A stretch of DNA of 61,552 nucleotides, from assembly GCA_964642815.1 (NCBI GenBank), contig CAZXSA010000001.1, positions 1 through 61,552 on the forward strand. The letters are read 5' to 3'. Under the pieces are notes generated by a model that was not told the origin of the DNA, made no database searches, and saw only the letters and a list, made by a program, of their open reading frames with translations. Every line of letters begins with the position of its first letter. Position 1 is the stretch's first letter. The position numbers were made by a program, and so were the translations under genes. Positions 37,727-48,216 of the stretch are shown here, in pieces. This stretch comes from an uncultured Planctomycetales bacterium. GTDB lineage: Bacteria; Planctomycetota; Phycisphaerae; UBA1845; PWPN01.

Positions 37727-38294
37727 CGCAACCCCGTTGGGGTACATATACCCATTGCGGTTGTGCGTGGACATACCCAATATTTATCCATGCCCGACCA
37801 CCCGTTCCACAACCTACGCTTTTCCGGAACACCTTTTGTGTTCTTATGAAATGGGCCATGCGTTATGGCCGTCGGAGATATGACATGGAGCGCTTTTCAT
37901 GCCTACATCCTACTCTCAACTCACTCCCCTCTACTTTCTCCGGCGAAGCCGGTCTCCGTGGTAAAAAACGTAAAAGCGCCAAACGAAGCCAAACTCGTAA
38001 AAAAACGTCATAATGCCTTTTATTGCAAGGAGATACAATAGTTAGTGAATACTAATATATGGGCTTGGACGGTTGAACCGGACACACAATCTCGGCCCGC
38101 GCTCCCCGTCGTGTTGACGGTTGAAGCCTTGGTGATGGTTCCTCTCGAACCCATTACAGGGCCGCCGGGGCGAACGACGACAGCCGACACGAGGCGGCCG
38201 ATAGCGTGGTTTTCTCTACTGTCGTTCGGCGGTATACTTTGGGCCGGATCGAGCACGGGTTCGATTATCCTTACATTCGGGTGTTGAGACGACC

Positions 38295-39353
38295 ATGAAA
38301 ATTGGACTCGGTTTATATCGGCAGATGCTGAATCGGGATCATTTCCGTTTTGCCCGGCAGGCCGGGTGTACGCACATCGTGGCCCATCTATTGGACTACC
38401 GGAAGGATCAATTTCTGCATCCTGATCGTCGTCCGCTCGATCCGGCCAACCCCAAGGGTTTGTGGACGGATGAGTGCCTGGCAACCCTCAAGGCCGCGGT
38501 CAATGCCGAGGGGCTGATTCTGGAGGCGATCGAGAACTTCGAGCCGGCCCACTGGTCGGACATCCTGTTGGACGGTCCACGAAAGAAAGAGCAATTCGAG
38601 GATATCAAAACCATGATCCGCCGGGTGGGCAAGGCGGGGATTCCCATCATCGCCTATGATTTCAGCATCGCCGGGGTATGGGGCCACATTCAGGGTTCCT
38701 GGGCCCGCGGCGGCGCGACCGCGGTCGGATTCAGTCAGAAGCACGGCCCGAGGGAAACGCCCATCCCCAAGGGCGAGGTCTGGAATGTCATCTACGATCC
38801 GCACGCGCCACCCGGTGACATCGGCGAGGTGACTTCCGAGCAGATCTGGCAGCGTTACACGGATTTTCTCAAGGAAGTCGTACCCGTCGCCGAGGAGGCG
38901 GGCGTACGCCTGGCCGCTCATGCCGACGACCCGCCGGTTCCCGTACTGCGCGGCACGGCCCGCCTGGTGTACCAGCCGCACATGTATCAACGCGTTCTCG
39001 ATATCGTGCCCAGCCCGGCCAACGCTCTGGAAATCTGCATGGGCACGACTCAGGAAATGTCCGAGGGCGACATTTATGAAGTCCTGGCGACCCACAGCCG
39101 ACAAAAAGCCATCGCTTACATACATTTCCGCAACGTGCGCGGCAAGGTGCCCGAATATCGCGAGGTTTTCCTCGACGAGGGCGATATCGACATGATCAAG
39201 GCCCTCCGAGTCCTGCGGGACAACGGTTACGACGGCCTGCTCGTTCCCGACCATACGCCGCACATGACCTGCGCCGCCCCCTGGCACGCCGGGATGGCCT
39301 ACGCCCTGGGCTACATGCAGGCGGCCTTGCGGATCGTCGAAGAGTATAAATAA
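38295..39353 (+). CDS. uxuA: mannonate dehydratase (UxuA family)
   Basis: FLKEVVPVAEEAGVRLAAHADDPPVPVLRG, IAYIHFRNV and LLVPDHTPHM align with E. coli UxuA blocks ([47 protein letters not shown]). Confidence 0.8.
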   Translation: MKIGLGLYRQMLNRDHFRFARQAGCTHIVAHLLDYRKDQFLHPDRRPLDPANPKGLWTDECLATLKAAVNAEGLILEAIENFEPAHWSDILLDGPRKKEQFEDIKTMIRRVGKAGIPIIAYDFSIAGVWGHIQGSWARGGATAVGFSQKHGPRETPIPKGEVWNVIYDPHAPPGDIGEVTSEQIWQRYTDFLKEVVPVAEEAGVRLAAHADDPPVPVLRGTARLVYQPHMYQRVLDIVPSPANALEICMGTTQEMSEGDIYEVLATHSRQKAIAYIHFRNVRGKVPEYREVFLDEGDIDMIKALRVLRDNGYDGLLVPDHTPHMTCAAPWHAGMAYALGYMQAALRIVEEYK

Positions 39354-39480
39354 GAAACGAAAGTCTTTATCGGCGGCGGGGGGGCGGCGCGGGAAAAGTA
39401 ACGAATAGCGTAACACCGAATTTCCTGAACGGGCCATTCGATGCGGCATTACGTCCCACCTGACTCTTCCGCCTACATAG

Positions 39481-40431
39481 ATGCCAAACATGACCGGCTC
39501 AATTTTCGATATCCAGCGTTTCTGCGTGCATGACGGACCCGGTATCCGCACGACGGTGTTCCTCAAGGGCTGTCCCATGCGCTGCCCCTGGTGTCACAAC
39601 CCGGAGGGCGTGCGGCCGGAGCCGCATCTTTCGTTTTCCCCCGACAAGTGCATCGGCTGCGGCGCGTGCTTCCGCATCTGCCCGCGCGGAGCGCACGTGG
39701 ACAAAGACGGACATCATGCTATCGACCGCGAGAAATGCGTGGTTTGCGGATCGTGTGCCAAGGAATGCTTCGCCGGCGCGCTGGAAACCATCGGTCGCGA
39801 AGCAAGTATCGATGAGATCATCGCCGAGGTTGCCGCCGACCGGGCTTTCTACGATACCTCCGGAGGCGGCATGACCCTCAGCGGCGGCGAGCCGCTTTAC
39901 CAGCTTGACTTCTCGACCGGGCTGCTGGCCCGCGCCAAGGAACAAGGTATTCATTGCTGCATCGAGACCTGTGGCCACGTGCCTTACGAGGCGTTCGAGC
40001 GGGTCATACCGAAGGTTGATCTTTTCCTCCACGACATCAAGGAAATGGACGACGCTCGGCATAAGGCCCTGACGGGCGTATCCAATGTTCGGATTCTGTC
40101 GAACCTGCGGCGGCTGTACGACACCGGCGCGCACATTCGCATCCGCGTCCCTCTGGTTGGCGGCTATAATGATTCGATGGAAAATCTGGACGCGCTGGTC
40201 GAATTGGCCGGGTCGATGCCTAGAATCGAAGGTGTCGAGGTATTGCCGTATCACGGCCTGGGCCTGTCCAAAGCGCAACGCATGGGCATCGCCGACGTGG
40301 CCGAGCCCCGGCCGTACGCTCCGGCAGTCGAGACCCTGGCTCAATGGATAAACCGGCTGCGCAATGGAGGAGTCAACGTGATGAACACCGAGGTTGAGGC
40401 CGTCCCGGCCAACAGAAGCGGGAGCCCATGA
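39481..40431 (+). CDS. glycyl-radical enzyme activating protein (radical SAM, with two ferredoxin-like clusters)
   Basis: FCVHDGPGIRTTVFLKGCPMRCPWCHNPE (CX3CX2C), plus CIGCGACFRICP and CVVCGSCAKEC. Confidence 0.85.
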   Translation: MPNMTGSIFDIQRFCVHDGPGIRTTVFLKGCPMRCPWCHNPEGVRPEPHLSFSPDKCIGCGACFRICPRGAHVDKDGHHAIDREKCVVCGSCAKECFAGALETIGREASIDEIIAEVAADRAFYDTSGGGMTLSGGEPLYQLDFSTGLLARAKEQGIHCCIETCGHVPYEAFERVIPKVDLFLHDIKEMDDARHKALTGVSNVRILSNLRRLYDTGAHIRIRVPLVGGYNDSMENLDALVELAGSMPRIEGVEVLPYHGLGLSKAQRMGIADVAEPRPYAPAVETLAQWINRLRNGGVNVMNTEVEAVPANRSGSP

Positions 40432-42716
40432 ACAGTCGCCCTGACAAATTGCTTTCGCCCCGCGTCGCGAGACTTCGCTCCACCGCCCTTCAACCCAAGG
40501 CGTTGAGCGAGTGGATCGAGGTCGAGCGTATCCGTGCCCGCGCCGCCAAACGTGCCGTCGATTGGTCGGCCATGCGGCGGCAGGCGGAGTTGTTTTGCGC
40601 CGTCCTCGCCGAGTTGCCGATCCGCATTGAGCCGGATGAGTTGATCGTCGGCAGCCAGGACTGCTGCTTCGCGAAGACTTATGACCTTTATGCGGACGGC
40701 GTCGAACACAGCCTTGCCGAACGGACACCGGAAGATGTGCGGGCGTACTGGGCGACCGACCCGTACAACGTGAAACTTGGCAGGCTGCTGACCGCGGAAC
40801 AGGTGGCCGCACAGAAAGAGAACGTCTGCATCGGCAAGCGGGTCAGCGCCCACGCGATCCCCGCCTTCGGTATGGTTCTTCGTCATGGTTTGTTTTATGT
40901 TATCGAGCGCGCACGGCAGGGCCTCTTCCAACCGGCCGACGACCGGAAACGCCTGCACGATCCAGACGATTTCTACCGGGCGGTCATCGAAAGCTGCGGA
41001 TCCGTCATCCATTTCGCCGAGCGCTTCGCGGCCCTTGCCGACCGCCTGGCGGAGAAGGAGCTCGATCCTGTTCGAGCGGAGGAACTGCGCGCAATCGCCG
41101 CTATCTGCCGCCAAGTGCCCGCGCGACCGGCGCGGACATTCCGCGAGGCGCTGCAATCGTTCTGGTTCTGTTACCTCGCCATGACCATCGAGCAATCGCC
41201 GAACGCTTACGCCTTCAGCGTCGGCCGTCTCGACCAGTGGGCGTGGCCTTTCCTCGAAACCGATCTCAACACCGGCCGCATCACGAACGACGAGGCACTG
41301 GAACTGATCGAGTGCCTTTGGCTCAAGTTCGTGGTCGGGCCGGAATGTTGGGCCGTGTCGCAAAACATCATGATCGGCGGGGTCACGGCCGAAGGCGACG
41401 ATGCGTGCAACCCGTTGACCCTGTTGTGCCTGGAAGCAACCCACCGCCTGCGTACGGCGCAGCCCTCGGTAGCCGTCCGCATCGCGCCGGAATCTTCGCC
41501 GAAACTGCTGGAAAAGGCCGTCGAGGTTCTCGCCCGCGGCATGGGCATACCGGCCATACATAATGACGCCACGGTTATCCCGACGATGCGGTCAATCGGT
41601 TATACGGAGGCCGATGCGCGGAACTATTGCATCGCCGGGTGTCAGGAATTCGTCGCCGAGGGGGCGGACAACTCGCGGACCACGGCCGGCAAATTCAATC
41701 TGCTCAAGTGCCTCGAACTGGCCCTCAACGACGGCGTATCGACCATCGGCGGCAAGCGTCTTGGCCCGGCAACGGGCAAGCCGGAAGCATTTGTCAGTTA
41801 CGAAGACGTTTGGCTCGCCTTCCGCACGCAGGTCACGCATTTCGTCGATATGATGGTCGATGCCCACAGCCGCGCGGATCTGCTCATCGCCGCCGAAAAG
41901 CCGGTCCCCTTCCTCTCCGGCCTGATGGGCGACTGTCTGGAAAAAGGCTTTGATTTCCGCTCCGACGGATCGCGATACAATTTCAGCGGGTGCCTCGTCC
42001 ATGGCCTCGGCAGCTCGGCCGACGCCCTCGCGGCGATACGAACGCTGGTCTTCGAGCGCCGGGTCGTCAATATGGCGGAATTGGCCGACGCCTTGCGGAC
42101 GGATTTTGCCGGCCGGGAATTGTTGCGCCAACGTCTGCTTAACGGCGTACCGAAATACGGAAACGGCGATCCCGAGGTCGACCACATCGCGGCCGAGGTG
42201 TTCGCGTTTACGACCGAAGCAATTCAATCGCGGCGTAATGCGTGGGGTGGTGCATGGCGGGCGGGTTTCAACACGCCGTCCACCCACGTTCATTACGGAC
42301 GCACGACCGGAGCCACGCCCGACGGTCGCCATGCCGGCATGCCGATGAGCTACGGCACCGGGCCGGCGGATGGCCGCGCGAAGCAAGGACCGACGGCCGT
42401 GGCTCGGTCGGTAACCATCTTCGACCATAAGCTCGCCACGCTCGGTACGGACCTGACCTTCTCGTTCCACCCGACGGTCGTCAACGGACCCGGCGGTCGC
42501 GCCCGACTGGCCGCCTTCGTGCGTACCCTGCTGCATCTCGGCGCACATCATTTCCAGATCAATATCGTCAGCGCCGAAGCCCTGCGGGCGGCGCAGGATC
42601 AGCCCGAGGAATACGGCGATCTCCTCGTCCGCGTACACGGTTATAGCACCCGATTCGTCGCCCTCGAGCGCTCGATCCAGGATGATCTGATCGCCCGGCT
42701 CGAGAGCTTTGGATAA
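40428..42716 (+). CDS. glycyl radical enzyme, PFL2/dehydratase-like clade, substrate unknown
   Basis: ATGA overlap with the activase. PARTFREALQSFWFCYLAMTIEQS block. Catalytic loop IAGCQE (Cys405 at 41640..41642, Glu at +2). Glycyl motif RVHGYST (Gly738 at 42639..42641). Confidence 0.85.
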   Translation: MNSRPDKLLSPRVARLRSTALQPKALSEWIEVERIRARAAKRAVDWSAMRRQAELFCAVLAELPIRIEPDELIVGSQDCCFAKTYDLYADGVEHSLAERTPEDVRAYWATDPYNVKLGRLLTAEQVAAQKENVCIGKRVSAHAIPAFGMVLRHGLFYVIERARQGLFQPADDRKRLHDPDDFYRAVIESCGSVIHFAERFAALADRLAEKELDPVRAEELRAIAAICRQVPARPARTFREALQSFWFCYLAMTIEQSPNAYAFSVGRLDQWAWPFLETDLNTGRITNDEALELIECLWLKFVVGPECWAVSQNIMIGGVTAEGDDACNPLTLLCLEATHRLRTAQPSVAVRIAPESSPKLLEKAVEVLARGMGIPAIHNDATVIPTMRSIGYTEADARNYCIAGCQEFVAEGADNSRTTAGKFNLLKCLELALNDGVSTIGGKRLGPATGKPEAFVSYEDVWLAFRTQVTHFVDMMVDAHSRADLLIAAEKPVPFLSGLMGDCLEKGFDFRSDGSRYNFSGCLVHGLGSSADALAAIRTLVFERRVVNMAELADALRTDFAGRELLRQRLLNGVPKYGNGDPEVDHIAAEVFAFTTEAIQSRRNAWGGAWRAGFNTPSTHVHYGRTTGATPDGRHAGMPMSYGTGPADGRAKQGPTAVARSVTIFDHKLATLGTDLTFSFHPTVVNGPGGRARLAAFVRTLLHLGAHHFQINIVSAEALRAAQDQPEEYGDLLVRVHGYSTRFVALERSIQDDLIARLESFG

Positions 42717-42797
42717 AAACAACCACAACAAAAAGGTTGACCCGCCATTTGCCGGTGGTAAGAATGGGGCGGATCTTTGAGCGAGTAGCATGAATTC

Positions 42798-43643
42798 ATG
42801 GCCGACACGCAGCAACAATCCGAATCAAGGGAGTCCCTCGATCCCCGTACGTTTTTCGAACAATGGGAGGGTACGGACTCGATTCAGACCGACCGCTTCT
42901 GCCTTCATTGTGGCTACAATCTTCGGGGACAGATGATCCGTCGTGATCCCATGACCAAACTGCTGGTCTACCGGTGTTCGGAGTGCGGCCACTTCTACTC
43001 GGCCAATGAAACGGTGTCATGGATCGACCGATTCGCGGCTCGATTCGGAAAAGGCGTCGTGGGAAAGACTACCGAGCAGATCGTTGCAAACGTGAAAACT
43101 GTGGGTGGAGTGCAATACCTGCTGGGTTTGATCTGGATTGGGATCGTCCTGGCGGCTTTGTTGGGAGCATGTGTCGTACATATGCTTATCACCATCCCGA
43201 TCATTGATGAAACCGCACGCTATATTGCACGTTCCGGAGGACGGCAAGATCAACTCGACTTGTATGCAATCTTAATGGCAGGAAGCCTTGCCACCAGCGC
43301 CTGGTCATTCATTGCCCTAACCATATCCGCGTTGATCCTTCCGCACTGGAAGAAAGCATATTTCATCCCCTATGCGATTTTCATGCCGATCCCCGGAACA
43401 TGCGTCGCTCTATTGGCTGCCGCGATAGGTGGTTTGCCGACCGAGTTCTGCCATTTTTCATTGGTGTTCGGAATAGCGGCAATTTCGGGTGGGCTTATCG
43501 CCGTCCGTAACGGTCGTGCATTGCTGCGAGGTCTGGTTCGAGCAATTGTTCCGCCACAGTGGCGCGGGCCGGTCGCTTTCCTGTGGACGACCGACGGTCT
43601 CAACCCTCCGCTTGGCGACTCGCTTCCTGAGCGAACTTCATGA
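42798..43643 (+). CDS. hypothetical membrane protein with N-terminal zinc-ribbon (CxxC...CxxC)
   Basis: CLHCGYNLRG...CSECGHFY, followed by 4-5 hydrophobic segments. No family that I can name. Confidence 0.45.
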   Translation: MADTQQQSESRESLDPRTFFEQWEGTDSIQTDRFCLHCGYNLRGQMIRRDPMTKLLVYRCSECGHFYSANETVSWIDRFAARFGKGVVGKTTEQIVANVKTVGGVQYLLGLIWIGIVLAALLGACVVHMLITIPIIDETARYIARSGGRQDQLDLYAILMAGSLATSAWSFIALTISALILPHWKKAYFIPYAIFMPIPGTCVALLAAAIGGLPTEFCHFSLVFGIAAISGGLIAVRNGRALLRGLVRAIVPPQWRGPVAFLWTTDGLNPPLGDSLPERTS

Positions 43644-43827
43644 TGCTTGTTCCGCCAGGTTGCCGGCTTAGAAAGGTGCCAGGATGATCTTTCCATTACT
43701 CTTTACGTTGGGGCACGATATGACCACTTCTCATCCGGTGATAAAGACCATTGTTCGAAAACCAGTGATCGCCCCGGAAGCGGCATCATAAATCGTCGCG
43801 ACACATTGGGGGGGGGCAGGGTGTCAT

Positions 43828-45078
43828 TTGTCCAAGAAGATCGCCATACTTGCGTTGCTCTGTTGGCCCGTGGCGGCCGTCGCCCTTGACGGGACCGAGC
43901 CGATCGGCTTCAGCATGCCCGCGATGGCTCGCGGCGGCGCGGATGTGGCCGTGGGCGACACGGCCTTGTCGCAAATCGAAAACCCCGCCACGTTGACGCT
44001 CAATCCCGATCAGCTATGTCGTTTCGATACCACCGGCCAGTTGTTCATGCCCGATACCGAGTGGAACGGCCTGCTGGATTCGGCCCAATCCTCGGTGCGG
44101 CACGTCCCTCTGGGGCACGCGGGCCTGGCATTTCCGGTCAACGAGCGAATCAGCCTGGGACTGGCCCTTTATTCCAAGGCGCAGTTTCGGAGCCATTACA
44201 AAATGCGCCATTTGCTCAGCCCTTGGTCGGAGCGTCGGGTGGGAGCGGACATGTACGACATGGCTTTGGCCTTGAACCTCGGCTACAAAGTCAATGAAAA
44301 GCTTTCTCTGGGTATCGGCGGGCGGGCCGAGCTTGTTACCGCGAAATTCAAATCGATCAACGGCCCAACGGCGGTGGATTTCGATCGGGGGTATACAATC
44401 GGCGGCGGTTTTCAATTGGGCGCGCTTTATCAGGTGACCCCTACGTTGACGGCCGGACTGGGGTATCGCTCGCGGAGCTGGTTACACGATATCGCCGGGC
44501 GCGATCGGCGCACGCTCCATCGAACCGTCTCCTGGTTCCGAAACTATGGCATCCCCACGATTCGGTTGATCAACGCGGACATCGAGGACATGATGATGCC
44601 CCAGCGCGTAGCCGCCGGATTGGCCTGGGACGCGACGGACCGCTTAAAACTGCTCGGGGAGGCTCGCTGGATCAACTATTCCGACAGCGTTTTACATAAA
44701 GCGCAATTTCTGGTTGGGCGGAACGGCCGCACCATCCGCGGCCCCATCGGATACCACGATCAATGGGTCTTGATTGCCGGAGCCGAGTATAAGCTCGATC
44801 CGCATTGGACGCTGGCCGCCGGCTATCATTACGCCACGAATCCCGCTCGTCGAACGGAAATGAATCCCCTGACGCTCCATATCGTAGAGCATCAGATCAC
44901 CACCGGTCTGCGTTACCAGAAGGATAACTGGTGGGCGGGGATCGGCTATATCCTCGGGCTGCCCAACACGTTGAGCCAGACCGGTACCACGTCAATTCCG
45001 TTCGGTCTCGATTACGCGATGATCGAGGTTCGGCAGGTCCAACACAGCATCACCTGCGGTTTCGGTTTTTCATGGTAA
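43828..45078 (+). CDS. outer-membrane transport protein, OmpP1/FadL/TodX family
   Basis: Signal peptide, N-terminal GFSMPAMARGGADVAVGDTALSQIENPATL hatch motif, alternating beta-strand pattern, and C-terminal GFGFSW. Confidence 0.65.
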   Translation: MSKKIAILALLCWPVAAVALDGTEPIGFSMPAMARGGADVAVGDTALSQIENPATLTLNPDQLCRFDTTGQLFMPDTEWNGLLDSAQSSVRHVPLGHAGLAFPVNERISLGLALYSKAQFRSHYKMRHLLSPWSERRVGADMYDMALALNLGYKVNEKLSLGIGGRAELVTAKFKSINGPTAVDFDRGYTIGGGFQLGALYQVTPTLTAGLGYRSRSWLHDIAGRDRRTLHRTVSWFRNYGIPTIRLINADIEDMMMPQRVAAGLAWDATDRLKLLGEARWINYSDSVLHKAQFLVGRNGRTIRGPIGYHDQWVLIAGAEYKLDPHWTLAAGYHYATNPARRTEMNPLTLHIVEHQITTGLRYQKDNWWAGIGYILGLPNTLSQTGTTSIPFGLDYAMIEVRQVQHSITCGFGFSW

Positions 45079-45569
45079 AGACCGCTCCACTCGACCGTCC
45101 GCCGCCGCTCGATATCCTTGGACAGCCGCTCGTAACGCAGGAAGGCAAAAATAGTTATATCCCGAACCCATCAACGAAAATCGCCCCTGGTTGGACATGA
45201 GCCATCGACCTTGGTCCTAGGGTAAATACCTATCACGTATTCATTGTTTTGAATTCAAGCTTCGTCATCAGTAAGCGATAATAGAAAGGGTGAAGCAAAG
45301 GGCCTTTTGGGCAACGAGTCTTTGGCCCTTATTGGGTACTGGTTTTTTCATTAAACAAGGCCGTATTCTCAGCTCTATTACGTGCTGCTGGAATTTGGGC
45401 ACATGAGTGGGCGTTGGGCCATCTTCCGCGTAAGCGAAAGGATGGGGTGGGTCGGTTGCGCGCCTGGTGCGGCCATCCGGCCCGCGATGTTCGATACCCA
45501 ATGAGATACGGGAAGCAAAGGTATGGTCCCTGCGCCAGGGGTCCGCGCACTATCTGGGAGGTCATGCAC

Positions 45570-48041
45570 ATGATGGGTAACTTGACGGTTGGCAAGCGGA
45601 TTGGTTTGGGTTTTGTCCTTATCCTGGTTCTCCTGCTGGTAATGGCCATCATGAGTTACCGAGGCGTGACCGGGATCGTGGGAAATGCCCAGGAAGTGAT
45701 CGACGGCAATAAACTCGATGCCCTGTTGGTACAAAAAGAGTTGGACCATCTTAACTGGGCACAGGAAGTGTCAACATACCTGAGCGACGAGCGGATCAAG
45801 GAATTGACGGCAGGTACGGATCATCGCCAATGCCCGCTGGGAAAATGGTACAATAGCGAGGAGCGTACCGCGGCGGAGACGATGATTCCGTCCTTGAAGA
45901 CATTGTTGAGCGAGATCGAGCAACCCCACAAGGAACTGCATGAATCGGCGACGGAGATATCCCGTGAAATGCGGCGTGCACACACCGGATTGACCGTCAA
46001 ACTGGGCGAACACATTCACGGCCAGGTTGAATGGGCGGGACGCTGCGCGCATGCCCTGGCCTTGGAAAGCGGATTACAGACCTCGCAACAGCGTCTACGT
46101 AGCGTCGTGGATGAAGCGGTGTCGTTAATCCAGGCTTGCGCCGAGGACGAGAAGCTGGGCGACCAGGCGGCACGACAGGCACGGGCTTGCGAACTAATCA
46201 AGGCCATGCGCTACGGACCGGAGGGCAAGGATTATATCTGGATCAATGATACCCATCCGCGGATGGTCATGCATCCGTTGCAGTCGGATTTGGACGGTAA
46301 GGATTTAAGCGAAAATGCGGACCCCAATGGCAAGAAGCTTTTTGTCGAGATGGCGAGGATTTGCCAGAACAGCGAATCCGGCTTCCTCATCTATCATTGG
46401 CAATCGCCGAACGGCAGTGGCGTAGTACCCAAGATCTCGTACGTCAAAATGTTCAAACCGTGGAACTGGGTGATTGGTTCGGGCGAATTCGTACTCAGGA
46501 CCGACCAGGGCTATTTGAAACGGATCGAGGAGTTCGCGGCCGGCAAGCCGTTCTCGTTCGGCGTCAACCTGGACCCGGCACGGAGCGAACTCGGCCAATG
46601 GTTGACGGACCCGAAAACAGCGGATCTCCGCCGATCGTTTCCGGAATTCGATCGGGCCCTCGCAAGCGGTCAGGAGGCACATAAGCAATTATACGAGGCC
46701 GCCCAACGCACGGAAAAACTGGTGGTGGATGACAAGATAGGCGAGGCGCTCTATGTGTACGAATGCGAGGTTCAACCGGCCTTGGGCAAGGTCAAGGACC
46801 ACTTACAGCAGGCGATCGCGGCGGAGCGGCAACTGGAGGATGGGGCAGCCAAGGCCCAGGCGATTTTTGCCGGCAAGACCAAGCCGAATCTGGAAAAGGT
46901 CCAGAATATTTTAGACCGGATGGTCAAGGACGTGAAAACAAACATGATGACGGATGTGCAAATGCTGGCCGCCGCCCAGAGCACGCAACGAAACGTGAGC
47001 ATCCTGAGCGTGGTGGCGATCGTGGTGGGCATTACATTGGCGTTCTTCATCTCCCGGAGCATCGTTCGGGCCATTACCCAGGGGGTGCGGAGCCTAGCCG
47101 AGGGTTCGGCGATGGTCGCCGAGGCCTCCGGACAAGTCAATGCCGGGGCCGCGTCCCTGGCTCAGGGAGCGAGCGAACAGGCCTCCTCGCTGGAGGAGAC
47201 TTCGAGCGCTCTGGAGCAGATGTCGGCCATGGCCACGACCAACGCCTCCACGGCCAAGGAGGCCAACCAACTCGTCGAGGAGGCGGCGCAAGCAGCCCAG
47301 CGCAGCGATCAAGGGCGCGAGCGGCTCAATGGCGCCATGCAGGGCATCAACGAATCCTCGGCGCAGATCAGCAGGATCATCAAGGTGATCGAGGAAATCG
47401 CCTTCCAGACCAACTTGCTGGCCCTGAATGCGGCGGTCGAGGCCGCTCGGGCCGGCGAACACGGGAAAGGGTTCGCGGTGGTCGCGGATGAGGTGCGGAA
47501 CCTGGCGCAACGCGCCGCGGAGGCCGCCCGCGAAACCACGGCGCTGATCGAAACATCGGTCAACCGGGCCAAGGAGGGCGGCGAGGTGGCCGCCGGCTTT
47601 GGCGAGGCCATCGGCGTGATCGTGGAGAATATCACGAAGGTGTCGCAGCTCATCACGAACATCAGCACGGCCTCGCAGGAGCAGGCCCAGGGTGTGGAGC
47701 AGATCAACTCAGCCATCAGTCAGATGGATAAAGTGACCCAGGGGATGGCGGCCAGTTCGGAGGAATCGGCCTCGGCCGTGGAGGAGCTCAGCGCCCAGGC
47801 GGATGCGGTAGCCAATACCGCCGCCGAACTCGCCGTACTGGTGGGCATGGAGATGGAGCGGATCGATAAGCGACAAGTGGCCGAGACGATCCGAACCAAT
47901 ATCGAGCGACGACAACAAGATAACGAGACAAACATCGCCCCGCCGAAGAGCCTGGCGGCGGGAAAAAGCCGTCAGGGCAAACGGAGCGCGGTGGATAGCG
48001 AGTACGTGATTCCCCTTGAAGGGGACGGCGGCGAATTTTAA
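45570..48041 (+). CDS. methyl-accepting chemotaxis protein with extracytoplasmic CZB-motif helix bundle + sCache_2-like domain, HAMP, MA domain
   Basis: Start at ATG 45570 (GGGAGG 8 nt upstream). TM1 [21 protein letters not shown] motif at 45747..45941. Cache block [16 protein letters not shown]...[19 protein letters not shown]2, then the signalling hairpin [38 protein letters not shown]. Confidence 0.85.
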   Translation: MMGNLTVGKRIGLGFVLILVLLLVMAIMSYRGVTGIVGNAQEVIDGNKLDALLVQKELDHLNWAQEVSTYLSDERIKELTAGTDHRQCPLGKWYNSEERTAAETMIPSLKTLLSEIEQPHKELHESATEISREMRRAHTGLTVKLGEHIHGQVEWAGRCAHALALESGLQTSQQRLRSVVDEAVSLIQACAEDEKLGDQAARQARACELIKAMRYGPEGKDYIWINDTHPRMVMHPLQSDLDGKDLSENADPNGKKLFVEMARICQNSESGFLIYHWQSPNGSGVVPKISYVKMFKPWNWVIGSGEFVLRTDQGYLKRIEEFAAGKPFSFGVNLDPARSELGQWLTDPKTADLRRSFPEFDRALASGQEAHKQLYEAAQRTEKLVVDDKIGEALYVYECEVQPALGKVKDHLQQAIAAERQLEDGAAKAQAIFAGKTKPNLEKVQNILDRMVKDVKTNMMTDVQMLAAAQSTQRNVSILSVVAIVVGITLAFFISRSIVRAITQGVRSLAEGSAMVAEASGQVNAGAASLAQGASEQASSLEETSSALEQMSAMATTNASTAKEANQLVEEAAQAAQRSDQGRERLNGAMQGINESSAQISRIIKVIEEIAFQTNLLALNAAVEAARAGEHGKGFAVVADEVRNLAQRAAEAARETTALIETSVNRAKEGGEVAAGFGEAIGVIVENITKVSQLITNISTASQEQAQGVEQINSAISQMDKVTQGMAASSEESASAVEELSAQADAVANTAAELAVLVGMEMERIDKRQVAETIRTNIERRQQDNETNIAPPKSLAAGKSRQGKRSAVDSEYVIPLEGDGGEF

Positions 48042-48056
48042 CTCAATCAGGGCACC

Positions 48057-48119
48057 AGAAGAGGTGGTTCCGACTTAACCGCGATGAGTGTCCGTCAAAA
48101 TGGCGGACACTCCTCTTCT
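48057..48119 (+). terminator. nested stem-loop after the MCP gene (terminator-like)
   Basis: Inner 9-bp stem GAGTGTCCG/CGGACACTC (48086..48094 / 48104..48112). Outer 8-bp pairing AGAAGAGG/CCTCTTCT (48057..48064 / 48112..48119). The following T-tract is weak. Confidence 0.4.
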
Positions 48120-48216
48120 GTTAGAAATATCGGGCACTGCATCGGAGGTGGCGATTCCGTGGTGAACGATCCGGGATCGTCCGCTCATCGGGTAATGGAC
48201 GCTCAGAGGGGGCAAT

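Noticed and set aside
38388-42818. Chain of long minus-strand ORFs (38388..39578, 39499..40812, 40341..41561, 41592..42818)
   Set aside because: They are antisense to uxuA, the GRE activase and the GRE, all of which carry unmistakable motifs. The antisense products are Arg/Gly/Ala-rich without motifs.
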